Below are positions 1 through 7,841 of a stretch of DNA of 32,681 bases, piece after piece. Location: assembly GCA_903837445.1 (NCBI GenBank), contig CAILUR010000047.1, positions 1 through 32,681 on the forward strand. Reading direction: 5' to 3'. The first letter of the stretch is position 1. Every line of letters starts with the position of its first letter. Below the pieces are notes generated by a model. It did not search any database. It saw only the letters and a list, made by a program, of their open reading frames with translations, and was not told where the DNA came from. Source of the DNA: an uncultured bacterium. Its GTDB lineage: Bacteria; Oederibacteriota; PGYV01; CAILUR01. The position numbers were made by a program, and so were the translations under genes.

Positions 1-189
1 AATGAGTATTATCAGTGGTCTCACAAGCATATTTATCAAGGCTATGACGGCAGCCGTTATCAAAAGCACCCACAGCCCATCCATTCCAGCAGGAATCTGA
101 AAACCCGCAATGGTCTTTACCATAATAAAAAGCGCGACTGTATTAGTAAACCAGCGCAATATTATATATCTGAAATCAAACTTTGCCAT
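1..189 (-). CDS. Membrane protein, DUF360 / phage-holin-4_2-like family; N-terminal 63 codons only (gene runs off the left edge)
   Basis: Own translation from ATG at 189-187 gives MAKFDFRYIILRWFTNTVALFIMVKTIAGFQIPAGMDGLWVLLITAAVIALINMLVRPLIILI, open to position 1. It has two hydrophobic helices and the N-x-L-V-R-P-L motif typical of this family. GAGAGGGG lies 6 nt upstream of the ATG. It is absent from the ORF track because no stop codon lies in the window. Confidence 0.5.
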   Translation of the reverse strand, partial: MAKFDFRYIILRWFTNTVALFIMVKTIAGFQIPAGMDGLWVLLITAAVIALINMLVRPLIILI

Positions 190-227
190 AGGAGACCCCT
201 CTCTTGACTGTTTTCACAGTCACCATA

Positions 228-797
228 TTACACTTGCGTATTTTTCACCCTTGCTATAATTACTGCTGTCTCGCCATATCTTTTTTCTTTGAGAATTTCA
301 AAAGCTCCAAGCAAATCAATAGTTTCTTCGACTTCTTCCCTAAAGATTTCTAAAACCACAATACAATCTTTGTTAAATATATCCCTTAATTCGCTTATTT
401 TCAATAGGTTTTTTGTAAACCCTTTATTGTATGGAGGATCCGAAAAGAAGAGATCACATTTCAAAGCCCGCTTTTTTAAAAGCGCCGCCGCTCCTATGTA
501 ATCCGCTTTTATTATTTCAAATGAAGTAGGGAGAAGTTTTAATTTATCGGTGTTTTTTTGTATGTATGTGGTGTATTCATTTTCAATAAAATATGTTTTT
601 AATATTCCATTACTGAGCGCCTCGAGGCCGAGGGCGCCTGTCCCAGCAAAGAAATCAAAACAGACTGTCTGTTCGGTGAGGTATGGGCGTACCATATTGA
701 AGATTGCCTGACGGATTTTTCCCAAGGTAGGTCTAAGGTCCATTCCTTTTGGAGCCAGGAGCGGTATTCCCGCAAACTCCCCACTGGTTATAATCAT
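228..797 (-). CDS. rsmD: 16S rRNA (guanine966-N2)-methyltransferase RsmD
   Basis: 189-aa ORF with SAM motif I (FDFFAGTGALGLEALS) and the catalytic DPPY tetrapeptide (FFSDPPYNKG). Size and layout are typical of RsmD. Confidence 0.85.
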   Translation of the reverse strand: MIITSGEFAGIPLLAPKGMDLRPTLGKIRQAIFNMVRPYLTEQTVCFDFFAGTGALGLEALSNGILKTYFIENEYTTYIQKNTDKLKLLPTSFEIIKADYIGAAALLKKRALKCDLFFSDPPYNKGFTKNLLKISELRDIFNKDCIVVLEIFREEVEETIDLLGAFEILKEKRYGETAVIIARVKNTQV

Positions 798-837
798 TAA
801 ATTCCTTAAAACCTTTTATTATTTTTTATATGCTTAC

Positions 838-1191
838 TTATTTCTTTTCGGCAACGGACTGACACTTAATACACATTTTAGAAAAAGGCATAGCTTTGAG
901 TCTTTCAAGGGATATGTCTTTTTCGCAACTTTCACAAGTGCCATACTTTCCATCATTTATCTTTTTTATGGCTTCTTCCACGCTTGTCAAAAGTTGTTTG
1001 TTTTTTTCCGTGAGTTCAGAATGTAATTCTTTGTCATAAATATTGGTAGCAGTATCCGCCGAGTCCTGCGCATCATTTTGGAAGCTGTCAGTACTTCTCA
1101 GATCCTCATTATTTTGCTTAATTTCGTTGATTTTTTGCTCTTTTATCTTTAATAATATTTCTTTTAATTCTGTTTTTCTTTTTGCGTCCAC
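838..1191 (-). CDS. DksA/TraR-family C4 zinc-finger protein
   Basis: GTG start at 1191 preceded by GAGGTG with a 5-nt spacer. The N-terminus is acidic and coiled-coil-like. The C-terminus has CxxC-N17-CxxC (CESC...CIKC). Confidence 0.8.
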   Translation of the reverse strand: MDAKRKTELKEILLKIKEQKINEIKQNNEDLRSTDSFQNDAQDSADTATNIYDKELHSELTEKNKQLLTSVEEAIKKINDGKYGTCESCEKDISLERLKAMPFSKMCIKCQSVAEKK

Positions 1192-1259
1192 GAAAGCACC
1201 TCAATTTTTTCCCGCTCAATTATTAGGCAGGTTGTCATTTTATTATTTCAATTTCCTCT

Positions 1260-1281
1260 AAAGCCTTTATACAAAGGCTTT
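1260..1281. terminator. Perfect 9-bp hairpin overlapping the speH stop codon; possible weak or bidirectional terminator
   Basis: AAAGCCTTT-ATAC-AAAGGCTTT. On the plus strand it is followed by TTCTTTTTC, a good T-tract, but no plus-strand gene lies upstream. On the minus strand (speH direction) only TTTAGAGG follows. The orientation therefore fits speH termination poorly. Confidence 0.3.
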
Positions 1282-1665
1282 TTCTTTTTCGTCTGACTTA
1301 ACTTTCAAGTTTGCCACATCCAAAGTGCCGCGTTTCAATTCCATAGTGGTCTTGTTGTTTGACTCAAGCTTATCACTGATGTATTGAAAAGCATCCCACG
1401 GGTCCACTGACTCTCCGCAGGTAAAAAGATCCACTGCAGCGTAACCATATTCTGGCCAGGTGTGGATAGCCAAATGTGATTCAGCTATTACCACTACTCC
1501 ACTGATTCCGTGTGGATTGAACTTGTGGAAAACATCTTCCACCACTGTCGCCTTTGCATATTCTGCTGCGCCTATCATTGTATTTTGAATGAACTTCAAA
1601 TCATTTAATTTTTTCTTGTTACAGCCGTAGAACTCAACAAGAATGTGCCTTCCAAGGTTTTTCAA
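1267..1665 (-). CDS. speH: S-adenosylmethionine decarboxylase proenzyme (small class 1b, SpeH type)
   Basis: TTG start at 1665 with GGAGGTG 8 nt upstream. Contains the self-processing/pyruvoyl site [14 protein letters not shown]. At 132 aa it has the typical bacterial/archaeal SpeH length. Confidence 0.9.
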   Translation of the reverse strand: MKNLGRHILVEFYGCNKKKLNDLKFIQNTMIGAAEYAKATVVEDVFHKFNPHGISGVVVIAESHLAIHTWPEYGYAAVDLFTCGESVDPWDAFQYISDKLESNNKTTMELKRGTLDVANLKVKSDEKEKAFV

Positions 1666-1936
1666 CTTTGTAACACCTCCGAGAAAAAGTTTTCAGGCAA
1701 GGTCCCCTTTATCATTCAAGAGTCCTTGCCCGTTTCAGAGATTGATATCTCATTTTCATTTCTATCAAAAAATCTATTATTTATTTTGAGTAAATATATA
1801 CTCTTGAAAGTCATTTGTCAAGTTTATTTTATGTAGATATTCCTTTGTATTAAAGCCCCTTTTTTAATATTATTATTTTTTTCAACAAATATGTTTCTGC
1901 TTATTGTATAATCATAAAAAAATCAAAAGGTGACTT

Positions 1937-2596
1937 ATGATAAATAAAATCAATTTCGGAGCCATATTTGCGAAAATAAAAAAGACCACTGCAGTGTATG
2001 ACTTACCAGTCCTCGAAAAGTTCAACACTTTAACCCACTCTCCCTATTGGGTATTAATAGCCTGTATTTTGTCATTGCGCGCCAAAGATGAAATGACGGA
2101 CAAAGTAGTACGCGACTTATACTCGCGCGCCAAAACTCCACAAGAGGTCTTGGCAATCCCTTCTCCCGCGCTTGAAAAAATTTTATATAGGACTGGTTTT
2201 TACAAAGTCAAAACCCGAAATGTCATAAATATAACAAACCTCATTTTAGAAAAATATAAAGGCATAGTCCCAAGTGATTTAGACGAGCTATTGACCATAC
2301 CAGGAATAGGCAGAAAAACCGCAAACCTCGTAGTGACTGTGGCCTTTAACAAATACGGCATATGCGTGGACACACATGTGCACAAAATCTGCAACCGCTG
2401 GGGCTATGTAAAAACAAAAACTCCAGATAAGACAGAACTGCGTTTAAGAGAAATCCTTCCAAAAAAATATTGGAAAGGTATAAATATGGTACTAGTTTTA
2501 TTTGGACAGCATATCTGCCTTTCAGTGTCGCCTTTGTGTTCTAAATGCCCCATAGTAAAAGAGTGCCCAAAGTTGGGTGTAGGAAAACACAGATAG
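1937..2596 (+). CDS. nth: Endonuclease III-family DNA glycosylase (HhH-GPD with [4Fe-4S] loop)
   Basis: Helix-hairpin-helix LTIPGIGRKTANLV with the catalytic Lys, and the Asp in VDTHV. The C-terminus has Cx6Cx2Cx5C (CLSVSPLCSKCPIVKEC). AAAGGTG lies upstream of the ATG. Confidence 0.85.
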   Translation: MINKINFGAIFAKIKKTTAVYDLPVLEKFNTLTHSPYWVLIACILSLRAKDEMTDKVVRDLYSRAKTPQEVLAIPSPALEKILYRTGFYKVKTRNVINITNLILEKYKGIVPSDLDELLTIPGIGRKTANLVVTVAFNKYGICVDTHVHKICNRWGYVKTKTPDKTELRLREILPKKYWKGINMVLVLFGQHICLSVSPLCSKCPIVKECPKLGVGKHR

Positions 2597-2710
2597 CCAT
2601 TTCCTCGGTGACACAATTTTAGTTTTCATTTCCTTTTAATTAATCTCCTTGCCTATAAAACAAAAATAAGTTAAACTTTTTATTAATTTAAATACTTTTT
2701 CAGGAGTAAT

Positions 2711-3649
2711 ATGGATAAAACTACCGCACAAATAGCTGCCGGAATACGCAGAAGAGTGCTTGAACACACGCTTAAAAACAATGGTGGCTATCTCAGTCAG
2801 GCCTGTTCTTCGGCCGAAACTCTGGCAGTACTTTACAAAGAAATAATGCACCTTGGTTCCACTGGTGCCCCCATAATGCCGCGAGCTTTTCCTGGAGTAC
2901 CCAGTCCTTTTAATCCTGATTATTTTACCGGTGGCGAATTTAATGGTCCTCACACTTCTGAATATGATCGGTTTATTTTCTCCCCTGCCCACTATGCGCT
3001 CGCAGTTTATGCGTGTCTTATAGAGACAGGTCGTATGGATGAAAAAGGTTTGGAACATTTTAATGTGGACGGTTTTTCCGTGGAAATGATAGGTGCAGAA
3101 CACTCGCCTGGTATGGAAGTCACGAACGGTTCTCTCGGTCAGGCTCTCAGTCAGGCAGCAGGCATTGCTTATGCGAGAAAATTAAAAAAAGAAGCCGGCA
3201 AGGTCTGGGTATATATGTCCGATGGTGAGTTTCAGATAGGTCAAACCTGGGAGGCGTTTCAATTTATGGCACATCACAAGCTGGATAATATGGGCGTTTT
3301 TGTGGATGTCAACTGCCATCAGTGTGAAGGTAGAATGGTGGATGTTATGAATATAGAGCCCCTCGATGCCCGTTTAAACGCTTTTGGTGCCGAAGCACTC
3401 AAGGTCTATGGACACGATATAAAAGGCCTCCTGCAAGCGGCCTCTACCCCACATATAGGCAAGCCCTTGGTCGTGCTTTGCGCCACCAACCCTTTTGAAG
3501 GGATTCCACTTTTAAAACAAAATGCTCCTAAATATCATTATGTCAGAATAAAAAACGAACAAGAAAAAAATCTTTATCGCCTTGAACTCGAACGCATGTC
3601 CCCACGCACATTAAATATACCGGGCATTATCCGCCCGGCTGGGAACTGA
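2711..3649 (+). CDS. Transketolase, N-terminal (diphosphate-binding) subunit of a split enzyme
   Basis: 312 aa. Contains a thiamine-diphosphate/Mg motif region, MSDGEFQIGQTWEAFQFMAHHKLDNMGVFVDVN. AGGAG lies 4 nt upstream of the ATG. The partner subunit starts 7 nt after its stop. Confidence 0.85.
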   Translation: MDKTTAQIAAGIRRRVLEHTLKNNGGYLSQACSSAETLAVLYKEIMHLGSTGAPIMPRAFPGVPSPFNPDYFTGGEFNGPHTSEYDRFIFSPAHYALAVYACLIETGRMDEKGLEHFNVDGFSVEMIGAEHSPGMEVTNGSLGQALSQAAGIAYARKLKKEAGKVWVYMSDGEFQIGQTWEAFQFMAHHKLDNMGVFVDVNCHQCEGRMVDVMNIEPLDARLNAFGAEALKVYGHDIKGLLQAASTPHIGKPLVVLCATNPFEGIPLLKQNAPKYHYVRIKNEQEKNLYRLELERMSPRTLNIPGIIRPAGN

Positions 3650-3656
3650 GGTCTAT

Positions 3657-4664
3657 ATGGAAATATTAAATAAAACTCACGCCTTCAATCTCGTAAAATG
3701 GGCGAAAGACAAACCTGAAGTCCTTGTCCTCTCGGCTGACTTGAAAAGTTCCACCGAGATAGACGAATTTTTTGATATATATCCTGACAGATTTATTTCC
3801 GCCGGCATAGCCGAACAGAATATGATGAGTTTTGCCGCTGGGCTTTCTCGCGAAGGGTTTATTCCTTTCGTGCATACTTTTGCCGTCTTCATATATCGCC
3901 GTGCTTTTGACCAAGTGGCAATGTCTATCGCTTACTCAAATCTCCCTGTTAAAATGTTCGGGTTTTTGCCAGGAATTACCACTCCAGGCGGTGCCACCCA
4001 TCAAGCCATAGAAGATATTTCCCTTATGCGCGCTCTGCCCAATATGACTATTTTTGAATGTGGCGATGCAACAGAAGTGGAAACCATACTGGACCCTGTT
4101 ATGGCAGTCAAAGGTCCTGTTTATATCAGAATGTTGCGTGGTGATATTCCACGGTTGTTTGATAAAAATGAACCTTTCAAAATTGGAGTAAACAGAATAC
4201 TTTCTCAGGGCACAGACATAGTCATTATTTCAAGCGGCATTTGCACGGAAGAAGCTATAAAAGCCGTGGACGCTATGAAAGCAAAAGGGCTGTCTATAGA
4301 ACACCAACACATTTCTACTCTCAAACCTTTTAATTCAAAACAACTCCTCGGCCCCATTTCCACTTCTAAATACGGAGTCATTACAGTGGAAAATCATACT
4401 GTCATAGGTGGGCTCGGCAGTATAGTTTCCGAATGTATGGCAGAAAATGGCCTCCCTAAAAAAATTGCAAAACTCGGACTTCAGGATAAATTTGCCCACG
4501 GGGCGAGTAAAGCATATCTTATGAAAGAATACGGCTTTGATGCAATGGCTATAATCAAACAAACTGAAAAAATGACTGGTATGAATTTTAATATTTCCGA
4601 AGCTGAATTGAAACAGGTAAATATAATACCTATGCACTCGGCAATAAAAGCCGAGGATTTGTAA
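3657..4664 (+). CDS. Transketolase, C-terminal (pyrimidine-binding + C-terminal domain) subunit
   Basis: 335 aa. The Pyr-domain motif FISAGIAEQNMMSFAAGLS and the overall layout match split-transketolase B subunits. Confidence 0.85.
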   Translation: MEILNKTHAFNLVKWAKDKPEVLVLSADLKSSTEIDEFFDIYPDRFISAGIAEQNMMSFAAGLSREGFIPFVHTFAVFIYRRAFDQVAMSIAYSNLPVKMFGFLPGITTPGGATHQAIEDISLMRALPNMTIFECGDATEVETILDPVMAVKGPVYIRMLRGDIPRLFDKNEPFKIGVNRILSQGTDIVIISSGICTEEAIKAVDAMKAKGLSIEHQHISTLKPFNSKQLLGPISTSKYGVITVENHTVIGGLGSIVSECMAENGLPKKIAKLGLQDKFAHGASKAYLMKEYGFDAMAIIKQTEKMTGMNFNISEAELKQVNIIPMHSAIKAEDL

Positions 4665-4683
4665 ACTTTATGGCGCAACTCAA

Positions 4684-5802
4684 ATGAAAAACAACAAACG
4701 CTTTTCCGTGCATTATTCCCTGCTGGCTAAATCTCTCAAAGAAGCAAAAGAAAAGGCCTGGAATATTTGCATTGAGCAGACCATTGAATTCCCTTACGCC
4801 CTTGTAAAACAGGAATATATAAAGCACACAGTTGTCGGCAAAATTGAAAATCTAAAAATAATAAAAACCGGCAAATTTCTTGCTGATATTTCTTATGATG
4901 AAAAAACTACAGGCTTTGAATTTACTCAGTTTTTAAATGTCCTGTTTGGCAATAGCAGTTTAAAACCTGGAATCAGAGTTGAAAAAATAATACTTTCCAC
5001 TGATTTACAAAAACTTTTCAAAGGTCCTCGCTTCGGTGCCGCAGGTCTGCGCAAGCTCACTGGGGCTTATAACAGACCGCTTATCTGTTCCGCTTTAAAA
5101 CCTATGGGCTTATCCTCCAATGCGCTGGCTGTCCTGGCATATAAATTTGCCTTGGGGGGTGTAGATATTATAAAGGATGATCACGGGCTTGCAAATCAAA
5201 GTTGGGCGCCTTTCAAAGAAAGAGTTGTCAAATGTGCGGCTGCGGTAAAAAAAGCCAACAAAGAAACAATCAGCAATACTTTATATGCCCCAAACATAAC
5301 TTCTGATTTCAAAAATATACTAAGCCGTGCGCGCTTCGCAAAAAAAGCAGGTGCAGGCGCGCTGGTGCTTTCCCCTGGTTTATCCGGTTTTGATATAGTT
5401 CGTGAGCTGGCAAATGATAACACTATAAAATTACCTCTTCTCTTACATCCTGCTTTTTTAGGTGGTTTCACGAGTTCCCCTGACAGCGGCATTTCACACG
5501 CCGCGCTATACGGACAGCTGGCAAGGCTGGCTGGTGCGGATATCTCTATTTTTCCAAACTTTGGAGGCAGGTTTTCTTTTTCAAAAGCAGAGTGCAAATC
5601 AATCACCGAAGGATGCAAAATTAAAATGGGCACTATAAAAAATAATTTACCGGGACCTGGTGGGGGAATGTCACTGGATACGATAAAAACTATGAAGCAG
5701 TTCTATGGAAACAATGTAATTTTTCTTATTGGGGGCGGCTTATTTGCAGACGGAACTGATATAACTTCGAGTGTGAAAAAATTTAAACGCTTGGTCATAT
5801 AA
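4684..5802 (+). CDS. RuBisCO large-subunit family protein, form IV (RuBisCO-like protein, not a carboxylase)
   Basis: 372 aa. GGVDIIKDDHG aligns to the RuBisCO GGLDFTKDDEN motif: the carbamyl-Lys position is kept and Glu204 becomes His. ALKPMGLS aligns to KPKLGLS (Lys177 becomes Met, one residue shorter). LLLHPAF aligns to the His294-Arg295 region (Arg becomes Pro). The phosphate-binding glycine motifs PGPGGGM and IGGGLF are kept. Confidence 0.85.
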   Translation: MKNNKRFSVHYSLLAKSLKEAKEKAWNICIEQTIEFPYALVKQEYIKHTVVGKIENLKIIKTGKFLADISYDEKTTGFEFTQFLNVLFGNSSLKPGIRVEKIILSTDLQKLFKGPRFGAAGLRKLTGAYNRPLICSALKPMGLSSNALAVLAYKFALGGVDIIKDDHGLANQSWAPFKERVVKCAAAVKKANKETISNTLYAPNITSDFKNILSRARFAKKAGAGALVLSPGLSGFDIVRELANDNTIKLPLLLHPAFLGGFTSSPDSGISHAALYGQLARLAGADISIFPNFGGRFSFSKAECKSITEGCKIKMGTIKNNLPGPGGGMSLDTIKTMKQFYGNNVIFLIGGGLFADGTDITSSVKKFKRLVI

Positions 5803-5838
5803 CCGCATTTTATAAATACCCCTCAAATACACTCAGTT

Positions 5839-6282
5839 TTACTCCCCTTTGAACTTCACAGGGTCTTTGTATTCTTTAAACGGGGTGTCTTGGGCAAAAG
5901 CGGCTTCCACTTTATAGCCAATTTTCGCATCACCAGATAACACTATCTTATTGTATATCATTTCGTTTTCACATATTGCCTTATAAAAAATAACACAAGT
6001 TTTTCCGTTATTTTCCAGCAGATATGCCTCTGCGTTAAACCCCTGCATTTTTCCGTATTTTTTGTAGAACAGAGTCATATCTTTTACCATAGCAGCGGTG
6101 TTAACACTTTGTTGAAAAGTACCAGACCCAAGTTCCGTTGCCGCATCAAACTCCATATCCACATAGTATTTGGTCATAAAAGCGCTGGCTGTCTCTCTGG
6201 CTTTATCCGCTGACGGGAGATAATAATTTTCACAGCCCGCGAACAGAAAAATCACTATGCTAAAAATAAATATCTTTTTCAT
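5839..6282 (-). CDS. Hypothetical lipoprotein
   Basis: Starting at the internal ATG at 6282 gives MKKIFIFSIVIFLFAGC, a signal peptide plus lipobox Cys, with GGGGA upstream. The 13-codon extension in the ORF track has no such support. I recognise no family. Confidence 0.6.
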   Translation of the reverse strand: MKKIFIFSIVIFLFAGCENYYLPSADKARETASAFMTKYYVDMEFDAATELGSGTFQQSVNTAAMVKDMTLFYKKYGKMQGFNAEAYLLENNGKTCVIFYKAICENEMIYNKIVLSGDAKIGYKVEAAFAQDTPFKEYKDPVKFKGE

Positions 6283-6295
6283 TTTTGTTCCCCTA

Positions 6296-7099
6296 TCATA
6301 AGCCCAATAATTGCATTGCATTTTTATAATATATTTTTTCTTTTGTCTCTATATCATTGGGAAATATTTTTTCTATTTTTTCTTTTATCTGTGCTGCATT
6401 TACCCACGGGAAATCTGTTCCAAAAATAATTTTATCTGCCCCGTGATATTTTATAATCTCTGCAAACTGTGTGGAGTCCATTTCCTGACTATATGCCGTA
6501 TCCAGCCAGCAGTTTTTCCCCACCAGATATTTTATGACTTCCTCCCACATATTATAGCCGCCCATATGCGCACATATTATTTGCAACTCAGCAATCGTAG
6601 TGACCTGTGCCAGGCGTTCGGGAGTGGCGTGAATATCCGGATACGCAAAATCCGCTCCGGCATGAAACATAATAATCATATGAGCCTTACGACAAGCTTC
6701 ATAAATCCGTAACATTTTGGGGTCATCAGGATAGAACTGCTGATACTCAGGATGCAGTTTTATTCCTTTAAAGCCGTTTGTCGCCAGAAATTGTATCTCT
6801 TCATTACAGTCCGCCACATCACAAAAATCAGGATGCATAGCGCCAAAACACAATACTTCTTTTTGTGTTTTATTATACTCAAGCATTTTTCTGTTTATTC
6901 CCAAAACTTGTTCTTTTTTTGTCGCCACAGGTTGATTTACAGAAAGTGTCACGCCATCGCGTTTCATATATGCCACAAGCGAAGCATAGGTCCCAACGCC
7001 ATTTACTTTTACTTCACCGTGCGCCTCAGACAAAAGATATTTTATGGTCTTGTCGGCAATTTTGTCGGGAAAAAAATGGGTGTGAATATCAATCAGCAT
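6296..7099 (-). CDS. Amidohydrolase-2-type TIM-barrel metal-dependent hydrolase
   Basis: N-terminal MLIDIHTHFFP (HxH metal ligands), then KLHP, FHAG, CAHMGG and FGTDFPW strand-end motifs typical of this superfamily. Confidence 0.75.
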   Translation of the reverse strand: MLIDIHTHFFPDKIADKTIKYLLSEAHGEVKVNGVGTYASLVAYMKRDGVTLSVNQPVATKKEQVLGINRKMLEYNKTQKEVLCFGAMHPDFCDVADCNEEIQFLATNGFKGIKLHPEYQQFYPDDPKMLRIYEACRKAHMIIMFHAGADFAYPDIHATPERLAQVTTIAELQIICAHMGGYNMWEEVIKYLVGKNCWLDTAYSQEMDSTQFAEIIKYHGADKIIFGTDFPWVNAAQIKEKIEKIFPNDIETKEKIYYKNAMQLLGL

Positions 7100-7112
7100 A
7101 TAAACCTCAGAC

Positions 7113-7445
7113 TTACTTTCCGTATTTTATGACTTGCACTTTCTCAAGCGTTACCAAACCTGACTTTAAAACTTTATCCAGTTCTGGTAAAAACAAATCT
7201 ATTTTTTCTTCCTTATCTGTAATCTCTATCACCAGTGGCAATTTATTGTTCATATCCAGTAATTTAGCCGAATGAATAGCCGCACCACTCATTCCAAAGC
7301 CCATAATTCCCCGTAACACAGTAGCGCCAGCAAGGTTGGCTTCTTTTGCTTTTATGACTATAGTTTCATAGACAGGTCTGCCTTCAAATTTCTCATCTTC
7401 AGAAACAAAAATTCTAAGTAATTTCGCCTCTCCCTTTATGCTCAT
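7113..7445 (-). CDS. DUF190 (PII-like) protein, the usual CrcB companion
   Basis: Starting at the ATG at 7445 gives MSIKGEAKLLRIFVSEDEKFEGRPVYETIV...GATVLRGIMGFG. The longer track ORF would overlap crcB by 58 nt. Confidence 0.75.
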   Translation of the reverse strand: MSIKGEAKLLRIFVSEDEKFEGRPVYETIVIKAKEANLAGATVLRGIMGFGMSGAAIHSAKLLDMNNKLPLVIEITDKEEKIDLFLPELDKVLKSGLVTLEKVQVIKYGK

Positions 7446-7447
7446 TA

Positions 7448-7837
7448 TCACACCCCTTTTATTATTTTCACGAGCATTATCCCAGCCGCGACAAGCACAA
7501 GACAACCCACATTATTAAGCAGGATATTTATTAGGACATCTTTATACTGTCCATCCGTGAAAAGATTATTGGTCTCTATCGCAAACGAAGAAAAAGTCGT
7601 AAAAGCCCCTAAAAAGCCCACTGCTATAAACATTCTGGTGGCTGGTGCCATAGTGGAGACAAGCCCTGCTTCCCAAACTATGCCCATAATAAAACACCCT
7701 ATGAGGTTTACGGCGAGCGTGCCATAAGGGAATATTCCTTTTGCCTGAAATGCTGTATTGAACCAGACCGAAGTAAAATAGCGTGCCACTGCGCCCACAC
7801 TACCACCGAGGGCTATAAATAAAATATTTTTCACCAT
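7448..7837 (-). CDS. crcB: Fluoride channel CrcB/Fluc
   Basis: Starting at the ATG at 7837 gives MVKNILFIALGGSVGAVARYF, followed by GFLGAFTTFSSF. These are the two signature segments of CrcB. About 130 aa with four hydrophobic helices. Confidence 0.85.
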   Translation of the reverse strand: MVKNILFIALGGSVGAVARYFTSVWFNTAFQAKGIFPYGTLAVNLIGCFIMGIVWEAGLVSTMAPATRMFIAVGFLGAFTTFSSFAIETNNLFTDGQYKDVLINILLNNVGCLVLVAAGIMLVKIIKGV

Positions 7838-7841
7838 ATAA

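Noticed and set aside
599-784. 61-aa minus-strand ORF and 70-aa plus-strand ORF (289-501) within rsmD.
   Set aside because: They are alternative-frame or antisense ORFs inside a gene with clear methyltransferase motifs, and have no independent support.
2636-3103. 155-aa minus-strand ORF overlapping the transketolase N-subunit. Similar long antisense ORFs lie at 5196-5633 (inside the RLP gene), 6311-7275 (inside the amidohydrolase gene), 10128-10613 and 11145-11762 (inside iorA), and 27584-29153 (inside the ATPase fusion).
   Set aside because: Each is fully embedded antisense in a gene with clear family motifs. They have low-complexity or Cys/Phe-rich composition and no SD, so they are shadow ORFs.
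4684-5802. Possibility that this is a bona fide CO2-fixing RuBisCO (form I/II/III).
   Set aside because: Key catalytic residues are replaced (Lys177, Glu204, Arg295 and Lys334 equivalents). No small subunit, phosphoribulokinase or AMP-pathway genes are nearby. The chain is about 100 aa shorter than true large subunits.
7838-7841. Fluoride riboswitch expected upstream of crcB.
   Set aside because: Only 4 nt separate the metF stop from the crcB start. I see no crcB-motif-like pseudoknot sequence in the metF 3' end by eye. A covariance-model scan would be needed to be certain.
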